NCBI GenBank assembly: GCA_002841335.1
Contig: PHEY01000006.1
Location: 33,000-96,999, forward strand
DNA length: 64,000 nt
From: Actinobacteria bacterium HGW-Actinobacteria-2
GTDB taxonomy: Bacteria > Actinomycetota > Actinomycetes > Propionibacteriales > Propionibacteriaceae
Direction: 5' to 3'
Shown: one piece after another, positions 1 to 9,553 of the stretch
Numbering within the stretch: the stretch's first letter is position 1
Layout: each line of letters opens with the position of its first letter
Made by a program: the position numbers and the translations under genes
Notes under the pieces: model-generated
The model's input: only the letters and a program-made list of their open reading frames with translations
Told to the model about the DNA's origin: nothing
Databases searched by the model: none

Positions 1-401
1 CCGCGGTGGGCAAGGGCGTCGAGGCCGGGGTCGACCCGGCGAAGTACGCGGCCGCAGCGCGCGACTACGTCACCGCAAATCCTGACCTGTGCGCGATCCT
101 GATCACCACCGGCGACAACGGCGCGGCCGCGGCCACGCTGACCCCGGAGCAGGCAGCCAAGATCAAGGTGGTCAGCTCTGATCTGACCTCGGGCACTCGC
201 AAGCAGATCGAGTCCGGCAAGCAGTACGCCGCGGTCGAGCAGGATCCGTTCGGCTCCACCTACGACTCCTCGATCTGGCTGTACAACGCCGTGATCACGG
301 GCAACGGGCCTGAGGGTGGCTTCAACCAGCCGGTGAAGAACCTCGTCGTGACCAAGGACAATCTGCAGGAAGCCCTGCGGATGCAGACCGAAGGCGCGTG
401 A
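1..401 (+). CDS. sugar ABC transporter substrate-binding protein, C-terminal part (5' end outside window)
   Basis: Frame open to the window edge, stop at 399-401. It overlaps the next gene start (GTG 398). An ABC ATPase and an RbsC-like permease follow. Resemblance to the C-lobe of type I periplasmic binding proteins is judged by eye only. Confidence 0.55.
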   Translation, partial: AVGKGVEAGVDPAKYAAAARDYVTANPDLCAILITTGDNGAAAATLTPEQAAKIKVVSSDLTSGTRKQIESGKQYAAVEQDPFGSTYDSSIWLYNAVITGNGPEGGFNQPVKNLVVTKDNLQEALRMQTEGA

Positions 402-1860
402 TCATGGCGGACGTCCACGCCGCGCTGGAGACTCGCGGTTTGCAGAAGCGCTACGGCGGGGTTGTCGCCCTGGCCGGCGTGGACGTCCGCATCGAATCCG
501 GGCTAGTGACGGCGCTGCTGGGGGAGAACGGGGCAGGCAAGTCGACTTTGGTCGCCTGCTGCTCCGGCGCCCGCAGCGCCGACACCGGCGAGGTGCTCCT
601 CTTCGGCAGCCCGGTGAAGTTCAGCAGTCCCAACGATGCAACCAAGGCCGGGGTCGCCGTCGTCCATCAAGAGCCGCAGATGCTGGAAAACCAAACGGTG
701 GCCCAGAACCTGTTCATCGGTGATCTTGCGGAACGACGGCGGGCCCGGTCTCGCACGAGCATGGAACGTGAGGCGTCGGTCCACCTGGCCAAGCTGGGCC
801 TGGACACCGCGCTCGACCCCGCCGCAGCGATGAGTTCATTGAGCGGCGCCCAACGCCAACTGGTCGAGATCGCCCGGGCGTTACGCAGTACCCCGCGGGT
901 GCTGTTCCTCGACGAACCCAACGCCACCTTGGGAAATGACGAGACCGAGCGACTGTTCGCCGTCGTCCGGCGCCTGTGTGAGGACGGGGTCGCCGTGGTG
1001 CTCGTCAGCCACCGCCTCGCCGAGGTCTACCGGGTCGCCGATCGGGTGATCGTGATGCGCGACGGACACAAGGTGGCCGACGGAACCGTCGCGGAAGTGC
1101 CGCTGGATGCGGCGGTGGAGCTCATGGGCGGGCGGCCGGACCGTCCGCGCCAGCTCGGTGCGCCGGTCGACCCGGATGCGCCGCTCCGCGATCCGGCATT
1201 GGAGCTGCGCGGCTTCAGTGGCCGCGGGTTCCATGACGTCGACCTGGTCGTTCGTCCTGGCGAGATCCTCGGCATGGCGGGCCTCGTGGGTGCCGGACGT
1301 ACCGAGATCGCTCTGGGTGCGACGCGCTGCGGCACGGCATCGTCTATGTGGCCGAAGACCGCAAGAACGCGCTGTTCTACGACAAATCGATCGGCTTCAA
1401 CATTCGCGCCAGCCTGCTCGGCAACGTCGGTCGGGGCAGATCCCGAATGCCAGAGCGCAAAGCAAAGTCGCTGGCCGCGAGCCTGTTCGCCCGACTGGCG
1501 GTGAAGGCGCCGTCAATGGAACTGCCGGCGCGTAGCCTGTCGGGCGGGAACCAGCAGAAGCTGCTGTTCGCTCGCGCGGCGTCCACCCAGCCGAAGGTGA
1601 TGATCCTCGACGAGCCGACGCACGGCGTTGACATCGGCTCGCGGGCAGAGACCCACGACTTCATCCGCCAACTGGCCGCCGATGGCGTGGCCGTGTGGGT
1701 GATTTCCAGCGAGCTGGACGAGATCGTGGCCGTCGCGACTCGAGTGGTCGTGGTCCGTGACGGCACCATTCAGGCCGAAATCGCCTCGGGTGAAGACCCC
1801 ACTCAGATCCTGGCCGCCGCTTTGGGCGTGCAGGCCACCAAGACTCAGGAGAACCGTTGA
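398..1860 (+). pseudogene. ribose/sugar-type ABC transporter ATP-binding protein (two-NBD RbsA-like), disrupted by internal deletion/frameshift
   Basis: ORF 398-1504 carries NBD1 (Walker A GENGAGKST, LSGAQRQ, Walker B LFLDEP) and the start of NBD2 (GLVGAGRTEIALG), then turns to nonsense. ORF 1348-1860, in another frame, continues with ..DALRHGIVYVAEDRK.., LSGGNQQK and ILDEPTHGVD. Total length is 1463 nt, not a multiple of 3. Confidence 0.65.
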
Positions 1861-2837
1861 CCATGACGGAAAACACAGTCAGCGCGCGTCCGAGCGCGAG
1901 CAGTGGCGCCGCACGGGCGGTGCTCACCAACTGGGGCAGCGAGATCGCCATCGGCGCCGTGATCGTCGTCCTGGCCTTCACGATCAGCCTGTTCAACGAC
2001 CGGTTCTTCACTTACGGCAACCTGATCAACATCATTCAGGCGGTGTCGGTGACCGGAATCGCCGCCATCGGCGCGACCTTGATCATCGTCTCTGGTCACC
2101 TCGACCTGTCCGTCGGCTCCACCCTGGGTTTCTCGGGTCTGGTGGGTGCGGTGGCGATGCAGACTGCGGTACCGGCGCTCGGCATCGTCGCCGGGATCGC
2201 CGTGGGTGGCTTGGTCGGCCTCGTCAACGGGCTGTTGGTCACCTACGGACGGGTCAACGCCTTCATCGCCACCTTGGGCATGTTGAGTGTGGTCCGAGGA
2301 TTGGCGTTGATCACCACCAACGGTGCCCCCCAAGACATCCCCGAGTCACTGCTGTTCATCGGACAGGGCAAGGTTGCCGGGGTTCCGGTGAGCGTGATCA
2401 TCCTGCTCAGCCTGGTGGCCGTGGCCCAGTGGTTCTTGTCTCGCACGGTGTACGGCCGGCGCATCACCGCTGTTGGTGACAACCAGCAGGCCGCCTACCT
2501 GGCAGGTATCCCGGTGCGCAGCACGATCATCTTGGCGTTCATCCTGGCCGGTGCCTTCGCGGCTATCGCCGGCATCGTGAATGCCAGCAACCTGGCCTTG
2601 GCCACCACGGACGCCGGCACGGGTCTGGAGCTGGACATCGTCGCGGCGGTGATCGTCGGCGGCACCAGCCTGATGGGTGGCCGCGGCAGCATCGTCGGTG
2701 CACTGCTGGGCTCCTGTCTGCTCGGGCTGTTGCGAAATGCGTTCGTGCTGCTGCATCTGTCGGCCTACCTGCAGGTCACCGCGATCGGCGTGGTGATCAT
2801 TCTGGCCACTCTCGTCGATCAGCTGCGTCAGCGCTGA
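1857..2837 (+). CDS. sugar ABC transporter permease (RbsC/AraH family)
   Basis: 326 aa and multi-TM. Conserved RbsC-like blocks are GHLDLSVGS and GGTSLMGGRGS. The start overlaps the stop of the upstream ATPase. Confidence 0.85.
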   Translation: MTMTENTVSARPSASSGAARAVLTNWGSEIAIGAVIVVLAFTISLFNDRFFTYGNLINIIQAVSVTGIAAIGATLIIVSGHLDLSVGSTLGFSGLVGAVAMQTAVPALGIVAGIAVGGLVGLVNGLLVTYGRVNAFIATLGMLSVVRGLALITTNGAPQDIPESLLFIGQGKVAGVPVSVIILLSLVAVAQWFLSRTVYGRRITAVGDNQQAAYLAGIPVRSTIILAFILAGAFAAIAGIVNASNLALATTDAGTGLELDIVAAVIVGGTSLMGGRGSIVGALLGSCLLGLLRNAFVLLHLSAYLQVTAIGVVIILATLVDQLRQR

Positions 2838-2867
2838 ACCACCCCATTGAAAGGACGGCTGTCGATC

Positions 2868-4670
2868 ATGTCGACCGCACCTGAACTTGCCGCCGTGCTC
2901 GCTCACTACGGCACACTTCCTCCCGTTCTGGGGGATGGGGGGCCGACGGCGCTGGGTCGCGCGACCCACGAGCGGGACGCGGTGTACTTCACCCCGCAGC
3001 GGATGCGGGCCTCGGTGGCGCTCATCGAGGAGTCCGTCGTCGGTGACCGGGAGGTGCCGGTGCGCGTCTACCGACCGGCGGCGAGCACGTCGGAGAAGGT
3101 GCCGACGGTGCTGTGGATTCATGGCGGAGGGTGGGTCACCGGCAGTCTGCACACCTCCGACACCTTGTCCCGGCAGATCGCCCACGACTGCGGTGCGGTG
3201 GTGGTCTCGGTCGACTATCGCCTGGCTCCTGAGCACCCTTGGCCGGCCGGTCTGACCGATGTCGTCGACGCGTTCACCTGGGTGCGTGATCACATTGAGG
3301 ACTTCGGTGGCGACCTCAGTCGGATCGGGGTCGGCGGCGACAGCGCGGGCGGCAACCTGGCTGCGGCGCTGGCCCAACGCGCTCGGGACGAGGGCTGGCC
3401 ACTGGCGGCGCAGCTGCTGGTCTACCCGGTCACCGACTGCGACGTGACCGCGACCTACCCATCTCGCGTGGAGTGCGCCGACGGACCGTACGTGACCTGG
3501 GCAGCGGTCGCCGACTGCATCGAGCAGTACCTGCCCAGCGGCGTCGACCGTCACGATCCGGCGGTCTCACCGATCCGCAACAGCAACCTGAGCGGCTTGG
3601 CGCCGGCGGTCGTCGCCACCGTCGAGCTGGACTCCCTACGCGACGAAGGTGACGCTTACGCCGCGGCATTGTCGCTGGCCGGTGTGCGGGTGGTTCATTA
3701 CTGCGCGCCCGGACTACCGCACGGCGCCTTCGACATGGTCGGGCGCTCTGGAGCCGCGGCACAGGCGTTGAGCCGCACGACCGCAGCGTTCGCGGAACTG
3801 CTGGGCAGCGACGTGGTAGCCGCTCGCACCATCGACCCCGATCCGGACGCGGACAGCAACATCCCGGCGCGGTTCCTGCATGCCGATCGCTCAGTGATGG
3901 TGGCCCGGGCCGAGGTATCCGGGCTGGTCGCAGGGCAGTTGAACGCAGCGGTGCTGCGGGTCGGGCGGCCGATAGCCGAAGCGGTCACCGCCGGCCTGGC
4001 GGCAGCCGTCCGTACCGCTGCGGACGACCTGCTTGCCGATCCGAGTTTCGTTGCCGCAGTGGAGTCGCTGCCGTGGCACGACGGTGATCGCATCGTGGCG
4101 CTGGGTGATTCCATCACCGATGATTCCTGCTCGTGGGCCGAACAGCTGCACGAAGTGATCGCGCGGGTGAAGCCCACGGTGACGGTGATCAATCACGGCG
4201 TCACCGGGGCGACCACGCAGGAGCAACTCGCGCGAATCGACCTGCTGTGCCGCCAGCGACCCACCTGGGTGATCCAGCTGCTCGGCACCAACGACGCTCG
4301 GCGGCAGGGGAGCGTCAACCAGGTGCGGATGGCCGAGCCCGACCAGACAGTCGTCAACCTGAACAAGCTGACCGCTCTGATCACTGGCGAGGCCGGGGCC
4401 AGGATCGTCCGACTCACTCCGCCGCCGGTGATCGAGGAGCGCGTGAATCGCTGGGAGCCGTTCGCAGCCGAGCAGATCTCGTGGCGGTCGGCCGATGTGG
4501 CCGAGATTGCACAGCTCATCCGCGCCCTCGATCCGGCCGCGATCGATCTGTATTCGGCGTTCGGCCCGCACCAAGGCGACCTCATCCTCGCCGACGGCGT
4601 GCACCCCAACATGGGTGGTCAAAGCTTCATTCTGCGAACCCTGATCGCTGGCCTCAGCTCGACCAGGTGA
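2868..4670 (+). CDS. two-domain esterase: N-terminal alpha/beta-hydrolase (HSL-type) fused to C-terminal SGNH/GDSL hydrolase
   Basis: N-terminal half has HGGGW (oxyanion hole) and GDSAGG (nucleophile elbow). C-terminal half has ALGDSITDD, GTNDAR and DGVHPN, matching SGNH blocks I, III and V. ATG 2868 was chosen over TTG 2847. Confidence 0.75.
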   Translation: MSTAPELAAVLAHYGTLPPVLGDGGPTALGRATHERDAVYFTPQRMRASVALIEESVVGDREVPVRVYRPAASTSEKVPTVLWIHGGGWVTGSLHTSDTLSRQIAHDCGAVVVSVDYRLAPEHPWPAGLTDVVDAFTWVRDHIEDFGGDLSRIGVGGDSAGGNLAAALAQRARDEGWPLAAQLLVYPVTDCDVTATYPSRVECADGPYVTWAAVADCIEQYLPSGVDRHDPAVSPIRNSNLSGLAPAVVATVELDSLRDEGDAYAAALSLAGVRVVHYCAPGLPHGAFDMVGRSGAAAQALSRTTAAFAELLGSDVVAARTIDPDPDADSNIPARFLHADRSVMVARAEVSGLVAGQLNAAVLRVGRPIAEAVTAGLAAAVRTAADDLLADPSFVAAVESLPWHDGDRIVALGDSITDDSCSWAEQLHEVIARVKPTVTVINHGVTGATTQEQLARIDLLCRQRPTWVIQLLGTNDARRQGSVNQVRMAEPDQTVVNLNKLTALITGEAGARIVRLTPPPVIEERVNRWEPFAAEQISWRSADVAEIAQLIRALDPAAIDLYSAFGPHQGDLILADGVHPNMGGQSFILRTLIAGLSSTR

Positions 4671-4679
4671 TCGCCGGAA

Positions 4680-4703
4680 CCCGCCCCACCGCCATGGGGC
4701 GGG
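4680..4703 (+). terminator. GC-rich hairpin after the esterase gene
   Basis: CCCGCCCC (4680-4687) pairs with GGGGCGGG (4696-4703) across an 8-nt loop, 10 nt after the stop. There is no U-tract. Confidence 0.3.
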
Positions 4704-4918
4704 CCTCCGCCTGACGGGGGCCGGGGCCTGGTGAGGCCGGGCCTGCGGCAGCACCCGACGCCAGCGCGTCAGCGTCCCTACATCAGGGACTCCACCGCGA
4801 GCCGCTGCGGCTTTCCGTGGCGGATTGCGCTGGCTATGATTCAGCCGCGCTGCCGGTTGTCGCCATATTGCGACAGTGCGGCGACAGCCCTGCGAAAACG
4901 GCTCGTTAGTTTGGATCC

Positions 4919-5551
4919 ATGATGCGAAATGCCCGGAGGGGGCCTGCAGGGGACGGAGCGTTATCCGTTCTGTCGCTGCGAGCTATCCGACATCTGTACG
5001 CCCCGCTCGCCATCGCGATGGCAGGGGTGCTGGCCTTGTCCGGGTGTGGCGTTGAAGTCGTCGGCCCCACCCCGTTGCCGGGCCCGTCGGTGGCAGATCC
5101 GGCGACGCCATCGGAACCTGCCGAGTCCGAGGCGCCAGCAGTTGTCGACATCGATCCCTCCGCCAGCCCCGAGCCGTCGGAGACCAAGGAGGCCGAGCCC
5201 ACCGAAAAGGACTTGGCTCGCCGCTCGTACTACGCGGACAAGGTCGAACTGACCACAGGCTGTCCGACCGGTCGAGTCAGGATCGACGAGTCGATGCGGG
5301 TCACCAGGATCACTGAAGACTGCGACCAGGTGATTGTGAGCGCGGCGTTCACCACGTTGCTCGCCGAACACGTCGGAACGTTGACGATCAAGAACACCGC
5401 TGCTCATGGCCACTTCTTGATGGGATCGATCGGCAAGGCCACCGTGGCCGCTCCCTTCAACCATGTCTATTGGGATTCGGGCCGGCCGGTACTCAACGTC
5501 ACTGGCTTCAAGTGCGTCGTCGAGCCCAACCCAGCCAAGGAGACGAAGTGA
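4919..5551 (+). CDS. secreted lipoprotein, DUF3060-like
   Basis: Signal peptide with lipobox LALSGCG, then a Pro/Glu-rich linker. The C-terminal domain is paralogous to 5902-6402 (shared ..C..V.V....T.......VGTL.......YWD.G.P). Family assignment is by pattern only. Confidence 0.6.
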   Translation: MMRNARRGPAGDGALSVLSLRAIRHLYAPLAIAMAGVLALSGCGVEVVGPTPLPGPSVADPATPSEPAESEAPAVVDIDPSASPEPSETKEAEPTEKDLARRSYYADKVELTTGCPTGRVRIDESMRVTRITEDCDQVIVSAAFTTLLAEHVGTLTIKNTAAHGHFLMGSIGKATVAAPFNHVYWDSGRPVLNVTGFKCVVEPNPAKETK

Positions 5552-5889
5552 CCCACAGCCCTTACCCGAGCACGGGTCCGGCCGCGTACCCGCCGCCCTC
5601 GGCGGACGGCTCGCCGTACGCCGCCTATCCCTCGGTCGGCTATGCCCCCGCTCAGATGCCCGCTGGGATGGTGGTGCGCACCAACACGCTGGCCGTGGTG
5701 GCCTTCATCACGGGCCTGTTCGGGATGGCTGTGGTGCCGGTGGTCTTGGGGCACATCTCGATGCCGATCATCAGGCGCACCGGCGAGCGTGGCTACGTCT
5801 TGGCCGTGATCGCCCTGGTGCTGGGCTATCTGGAGGTGGCCTGGTTGGTGGCCGTCATGATCCTTGCCGTCCTGGCCTCGATGAGCTGA
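5548..5889 (+). CDS. DUF4190-like small membrane protein (Pro/Tyr-rich N-terminus, 2-3 TM)
   Basis: GTG 5548 overlaps the upstream stop (GTGA). The Pro-rich head is PYPSTGPAAYPPP, followed by hydrophobic helices. Confidence 0.55.
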   Translation: MTHSPYPSTGPAAYPPPSADGSPYAAYPSVGYAPAQMPAGMVVRTNTLAVVAFITGLFGMAVVPVVLGHISMPIIRRTGERGYVLAVIALVLGYLEVAWLVAVMILAVLASMS

Positions 5890-5901
5890 GTCGGCACCGG
5901 A

Positions 5902-6402
5902 ATGCACCTTCGATTCGGGCCTCGTGCGGGGGCTGCGCTGATCGCCCTCGGGTGCGCGTTGCTGTCGAGCGGGTGCGCGATCGATGCGGTCACCGTGACC
6001 AACCCGAGTGCCGTGTCGCCTGTGGCCACGCCGAGCGCCCCGGAGTCGGCAGAGTCCGATGATCCGCTCCAGTACGCCCGGCGCTCGTACTGGGCCGGAC
6101 GGATCACCGCAACGACCACCTGCCCGACCGGCGAAGTCGTGATCAGTGGCGAGGATCAGAACGTCCACATCGCTGCCGATTGTCAGCGGGTGGTGGTGAA
6201 GGGCAGTGACACCAATGTGATCGCGCAGCGGGTGGGCACCCTCGTCGTCGAGGAAGATGCCGACTTCGGCTACATCCTGGTGACGAGCGCGGACACCATC
6301 GATATCAACGGCGACCTGGTGACGGTCTACTGGGACCACGGCAACCCGGGGGTGACCATGGCGGGCAACTCAACCGCCAACCCGAATCCGGTGAAGGAGT
6401 GA
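5902..6402 (+). CDS. secreted lipoprotein, DUF3060-like
   Basis: Lipobox LLSSGCA. Paralog of 4919-5551. Confidence 0.6.
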   Translation: MHLRFGPRAGAALIALGCALLSSGCAIDAVTVTNPSAVSPVATPSAPESAESDDPLQYARRSYWAGRITATTTCPTGEVVISGEDQNVHIAADCQRVVVKGSDTNVIAQRVGTLVVEEDADFGYILVTSADTIDINGDLVTVYWDHGNPGVTMAGNSTANPNPVKE

Positions 6403-7118
6403 TTGTGAGTCAACCCATCAAGGTGCTGCTGGTGGACGATGAGGCGGCGATCACCGAATCTCTGACTCCGTTCCTGGAGCGGTCCGGGCTGGAGGTGCGC
6501 ACGGCTCCCGACGGCGTTGCCGGACTGGCGGCAACGGCGTCCTGGCGTCCGGACATCATCGTGTCCGACGTGATGATGCCGCGCTTGGACGGTCGTGAGC
6601 TGGTTCGCGAGTTGCGACAACAGGGCGACTGGACGCCGCTGATCTTGCTCACCAAGGTCGATGCGACCGGTGAACGCTCCGCCGCATTGGACGAAGGTGC
6701 CGACGACTACCTCAGCAAGCCGTTCGATCCGGATGAGCTGGTCTCGCGGATTCGCGCGGTACTGCGGAGGTCCACCCCGGGTACGCCGCCGTTGAGCGCG
6801 GCCGATCGGCTGATCGCCGGCGACTTGATCTACGACCGCCGTTCCCGGCGGGTGTGGTTGGCCGGACGTGAGGTCCAGCTCACCCCGCGGGCGCTGTTGT
6901 TGCTGGAGTACTTGATGGGACGCCCGGGCGAGGTGCACAGCCGCGATCGGCTGTTGTCGACCTTGTGGGGCTTCGATTTTCCGGCGAGCACGCGAGCGGT
7001 CGATCATCGCGTCGCCGAACTGCGCCGGGTGCTGGCCGATGATGCCGGACAACCGCGCTACATCGAAACGGTGCAGTCGCTGGGCTACCGGTTCGTCGCC
7101 AAAGTGGGCCGAGGGTGA
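6399..7118 (+). CDS. OmpR-family two-component response regulator
   Basis: Receiver domain (VLLVDDE, DVMMPRLDG, K at LTK) plus a winged-helix trans_reg_C C-terminus (VQSLGYRF). The real start may be GTG 6405, downstream of GAAGGAG. Confidence 0.9.
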   Translation: MIVSQPIKVLLVDDEAAITESLTPFLERSGLEVRTAPDGVAGLAATASWRPDIIVSDVMMPRLDGRELVRELRQQGDWTPLILLTKVDATGERSAALDEGADDYLSKPFDPDELVSRIRAVLRRSTPGTPPLSAADRLIAGDLIYDRRSRRVWLAGREVQLTPRALLLLEYLMGRPGEVHSRDRLLSTLWGFDFPASTRAVDHRVAELRRVLADDAGQPRYIETVQSLGYRFVAKVGRG

Positions 7119-8050
7119 ACCGGGGGGTGCTGCGATGGATCCTCGCCGCCGTCCCGTTCGCATTGAGCCTGGTGGCTGCGGTGGTGTTGTTGGTGGTCTA
7201 CCCCGGTGTGATGGTGCGGATCAGCTCGGCGCCGGCCGCGCTGGCGCTGGGTGTCGGCTTTGGGATCAGTGCGGTGCTCGGGATCGGCTTCCTCACCGCG
7301 ACCCGCGTCGAGAAGCGGCGTCAGCAACTGCTGACCTCGGGAGCTGCGCAAGCAAAGGCTGAGCACATCGCGTTCCTGGCCCGCCTCGATCACGAGATGA
7401 AGAACCCGCTGACGGCGATCCGCGCCGCCCTGGCCGCCCACGGCATCGAGGGATCCCCGCATCTGCAGGTCGCCGACACTCAGGCGACCCGGCTGGGCAG
7501 TCTGGTCGGCGACCTGCGCAAGCTGTCGGACCTGCAGTCTCGTCCGCTGGAGTCCGAGCCGGTCGATCTGGGGCAGACGGTGGGCGACGCCGTCCAGGCG
7601 GTTCAGACCTACCTGGACCAGCTGGGGAGCAAGCGTCACTTTGCGGTGCACTTCCCGACGGTTCCGTGGCGGATACCCCCAGTCCTGGGTGATGCCGACC
7701 TGCTGTATCTGGCGGTGTTCAACCTGCTGGCCAATGCTGCGAAGTTCACCAATGACGGCGACTCGGTCGAGGTGCGTGCCGGCGAGGCCGAAGGCTGGGT
7801 GTGGCTCGAAGTGGCCGACACCGGCGTGGGCATTCCCGACGCCGATCTTCCGCAGGTGTGGGACGAGCTGGCCCGGGCCGCCAATGCCCGCGGCATCGCC
7901 GGATCCGGGCTGGGGCTGCCGTTGGTGAAGGTGGTCGCTGAGCGCCACGGCGGACGGGTGGCCCTGCGTTCCCGCGAGGGTGAGGGCACGGCCGTCCGCA
8001 TCGATCTGCCGGCCTGCCGTCCGGCGCTGGTGCGGCCTACCTCGGGCTGA
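7115..8050 (+). CDS. sensor histidine kinase (two N-terminal TM, HisKA + HATPase_c)
   Basis: H-box LDHEMKNPLTAI, N-box NLLANAAKF, G-boxes DTGVGI and GSGLGL. Overlaps the response-regulator stop. Confidence 0.85.
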   Translation: MNRGVLRWILAAVPFALSLVAAVVLLVVYPGVMVRISSAPAALALGVGFGISAVLGIGFLTATRVEKRRQQLLTSGAAQAKAEHIAFLARLDHEMKNPLTAIRAALAAHGIEGSPHLQVADTQATRLGSLVGDLRKLSDLQSRPLESEPVDLGQTVGDAVQAVQTYLDQLGSKRHFAVHFPTVPWRIPPVLGDADLLYLAVFNLLANAAKFTNDGDSVEVRAGEAEGWVWLEVADTGVGIPDADLPQVWDELARAANARGIAGSGLGLPLVKVVAERHGGRVALRSREGEGTAVRIDLPACRPALVRPTSG

Positions 8051-8175
8051 ACAGGCTTGTCGGCGCGGTGTTGACGGATGTATCAGATCTGCGACACCTC
8101 GGCGACATTGCTGCGAAAGCGGCTCGATACCTTTCTTCTCAGGGGAAGAAACAAGTCTTTGGAAAGGGTAATGAC

Positions 8176-8415
8176 ATGAAAGAACCGCTGAGCCGCTCGG
8201 GCAGCGACAAGGTCCTCACCGGCGTGTGTGGTGGCGTCGCTCGCTCGCTGGGCTGGAACCCGCTGCTGGTCCGCATTCTGTTCGTCGTCTTGAGTCTGTT
8301 GATCGGGCTGCCGTCGATCGCCTACGTGGTCATGTGGCTGATGCTGCCGCTGGACGGCAACGGCCCCACCGGCATGGAGGAGCTCCAGGGAAAGGGCAAG
8401 GCCACCCAGGTCTGA
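8176..8415 (+). CDS. PspC-domain membrane protein
   Basis: ATG 8176 follows GGAAAGGG. The PspC signature is LTGVCGGVARSLGWNPLLVRILFVVL. Confidence 0.75.
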   Translation: MKEPLSRSGSDKVLTGVCGGVARSLGWNPLLVRILFVVLSLLIGLPSIAYVVMWLMLPLDGNGPTGMEELQGKGKATQV

Positions 8416-8463
8416 TCCGAGCCCGCGCCTCTGCCATCTCGGAGTAGGCGTCCCGAACGGAAA

Positions 8464-8510
8464 CGAAACGCTGCGGCCCAGACCGGATTCCCGGTCTGGG
8501 CCGCGTTTCG
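8464..8510 (+). terminator. long imperfect hairpin downstream of the pspC-like gene
   Basis: CGAAACGC(TGC)GGCCCAGACCGG, loop ATTC, CCGGTCTGGGCCGCGTTTCG. This gives 20 paired bases with a 3-nt bulge, followed by TCTG. Confidence 0.5.
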
Positions 8511-8623
8511 TCTGCCGCGCCAGGCTTCCGCCGTGCCCCTCGCAGGCTCTTCATGGCGGCTTCATCGCAGCTTCATCGTCGACGGTTTCGATAACGACAT
8601 CGGTACTCCCCACAGAGGTTCAG

Positions 8624-9553
8624 ATGTCACCTGCACAGTCCACCGGGCAACGTCGCCCCACCAAAGCGATGCATCGGCTTCGCCAGATGAAACGCACCAC
8701 TCTCGTCCGTCGCGTCACCCAGCTCGGGTTCGCCGGGTTCGTCGTCTTTGCTGCGGCTCGTCACCAGTTGGAGAGCACCAGCGGTGCGGCCTCGGTGGAC
8801 GCGCTGTGCCCCTTCGGTGCGGTGGAGACCCTCATCACGTGGGTGACCACCGGCACGCTGATCGCCAAGGTGCACCCGTCCAATCTGATTCTGGGGCTTG
8901 CGGTGCTGATCTCCGCGCTGCTGGTCGGTAACGCCTTCTGTGGCTGGATCTGCCCGCTCGGCACCGTGCAGGACGGGCTGTGGGCGCTGGCACGCAAGCT
9001 GAAGCTGCCGCAGTGGCGCCCGGGTGCGGGTACCGACCGGGTGCTGCGCTACGGACGCTTTGTGGTCCTGGCTGTCGTGATGGGCGCCAGCTACGTCACC
9101 GGACGGCTGTGGTTCGCCGACTACGACCCCTACCTCACCATCTTCAGCCTGCATTGGTTGTTCGAGTGGAGTGATGCCCTGATCGTCGGCGTCGTGATCA
9201 CCGCGGTGGTGCTGCTGGCTTCGATGTTCGTCGAACGGCTGTGGTGCCGCTACTTGTGCCCGCTGGGGGCGGTGTTCACCGTGCTGGGCCGGTTCAGCCT
9301 GTTCAAGATCCGCCGAGACACCAATACCTGCACCGACTGCACCCTGTGCGACCGTCCCTGCCCGGTGGGGATCACGGTGTCGAAGGCCGACCCGGTGGTC
9401 AACGCCGACTGCATCGGCTGCCTGGACTGCCTGACCACCTGCCCGGTGAAGGGTGCGCTGACGCTGGCTCCGCCGATGCCGGTGAACCGCCTGATCAGCA
9501 GCAGCGCGCGGGCCGATCGTGACGACGTAGTAATGAGTGGAAAGGGACGCTGA
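8624..9553 (+). CDS. NapH/MauN-like membrane polyferredoxin (4Fe-4S binding)
   Basis: Membrane CxxCP-type motifs CPFG, CGWICPLG and CRYLCPLG. C-terminal 2x[4Fe-4S] ferredoxin motifs are CTDCTLCDRPCP and CIGCLDCLTTCP. Confidence 0.75.
   Translation: MSPAQSTGQRRPTKAMHRLRQMKRTTLVRRVTQLGFAGFVVFAAARHQLESTSGAASVDALCPFGAVETLITWVTTGTLIAKVHPSNLILGLAVLISALLVGNAFCGWICPLGTVQDGLWALARKLKLPQWRPGAGTDRVLRYGRFVVLAVVMGASYVTGRLWFADYDPYLTIFSLHWLFEWSDALIVGVVITAVVLLASMFVERLWCRYLCPLGAVFTVLGRFSLFKIRRDTNTCTDCTLCDRPCPVGITVSKADPVVNADCIGCLDCLTTCPVKGALTLAPPMPVNRLISSSARADRDDVVMSGKGR

Noticed and set aside
2346-3554. 402-aa minus-strand ORF
   Set aside because: It is antisense to the permease and esterase genes and is a high-GC artefact.
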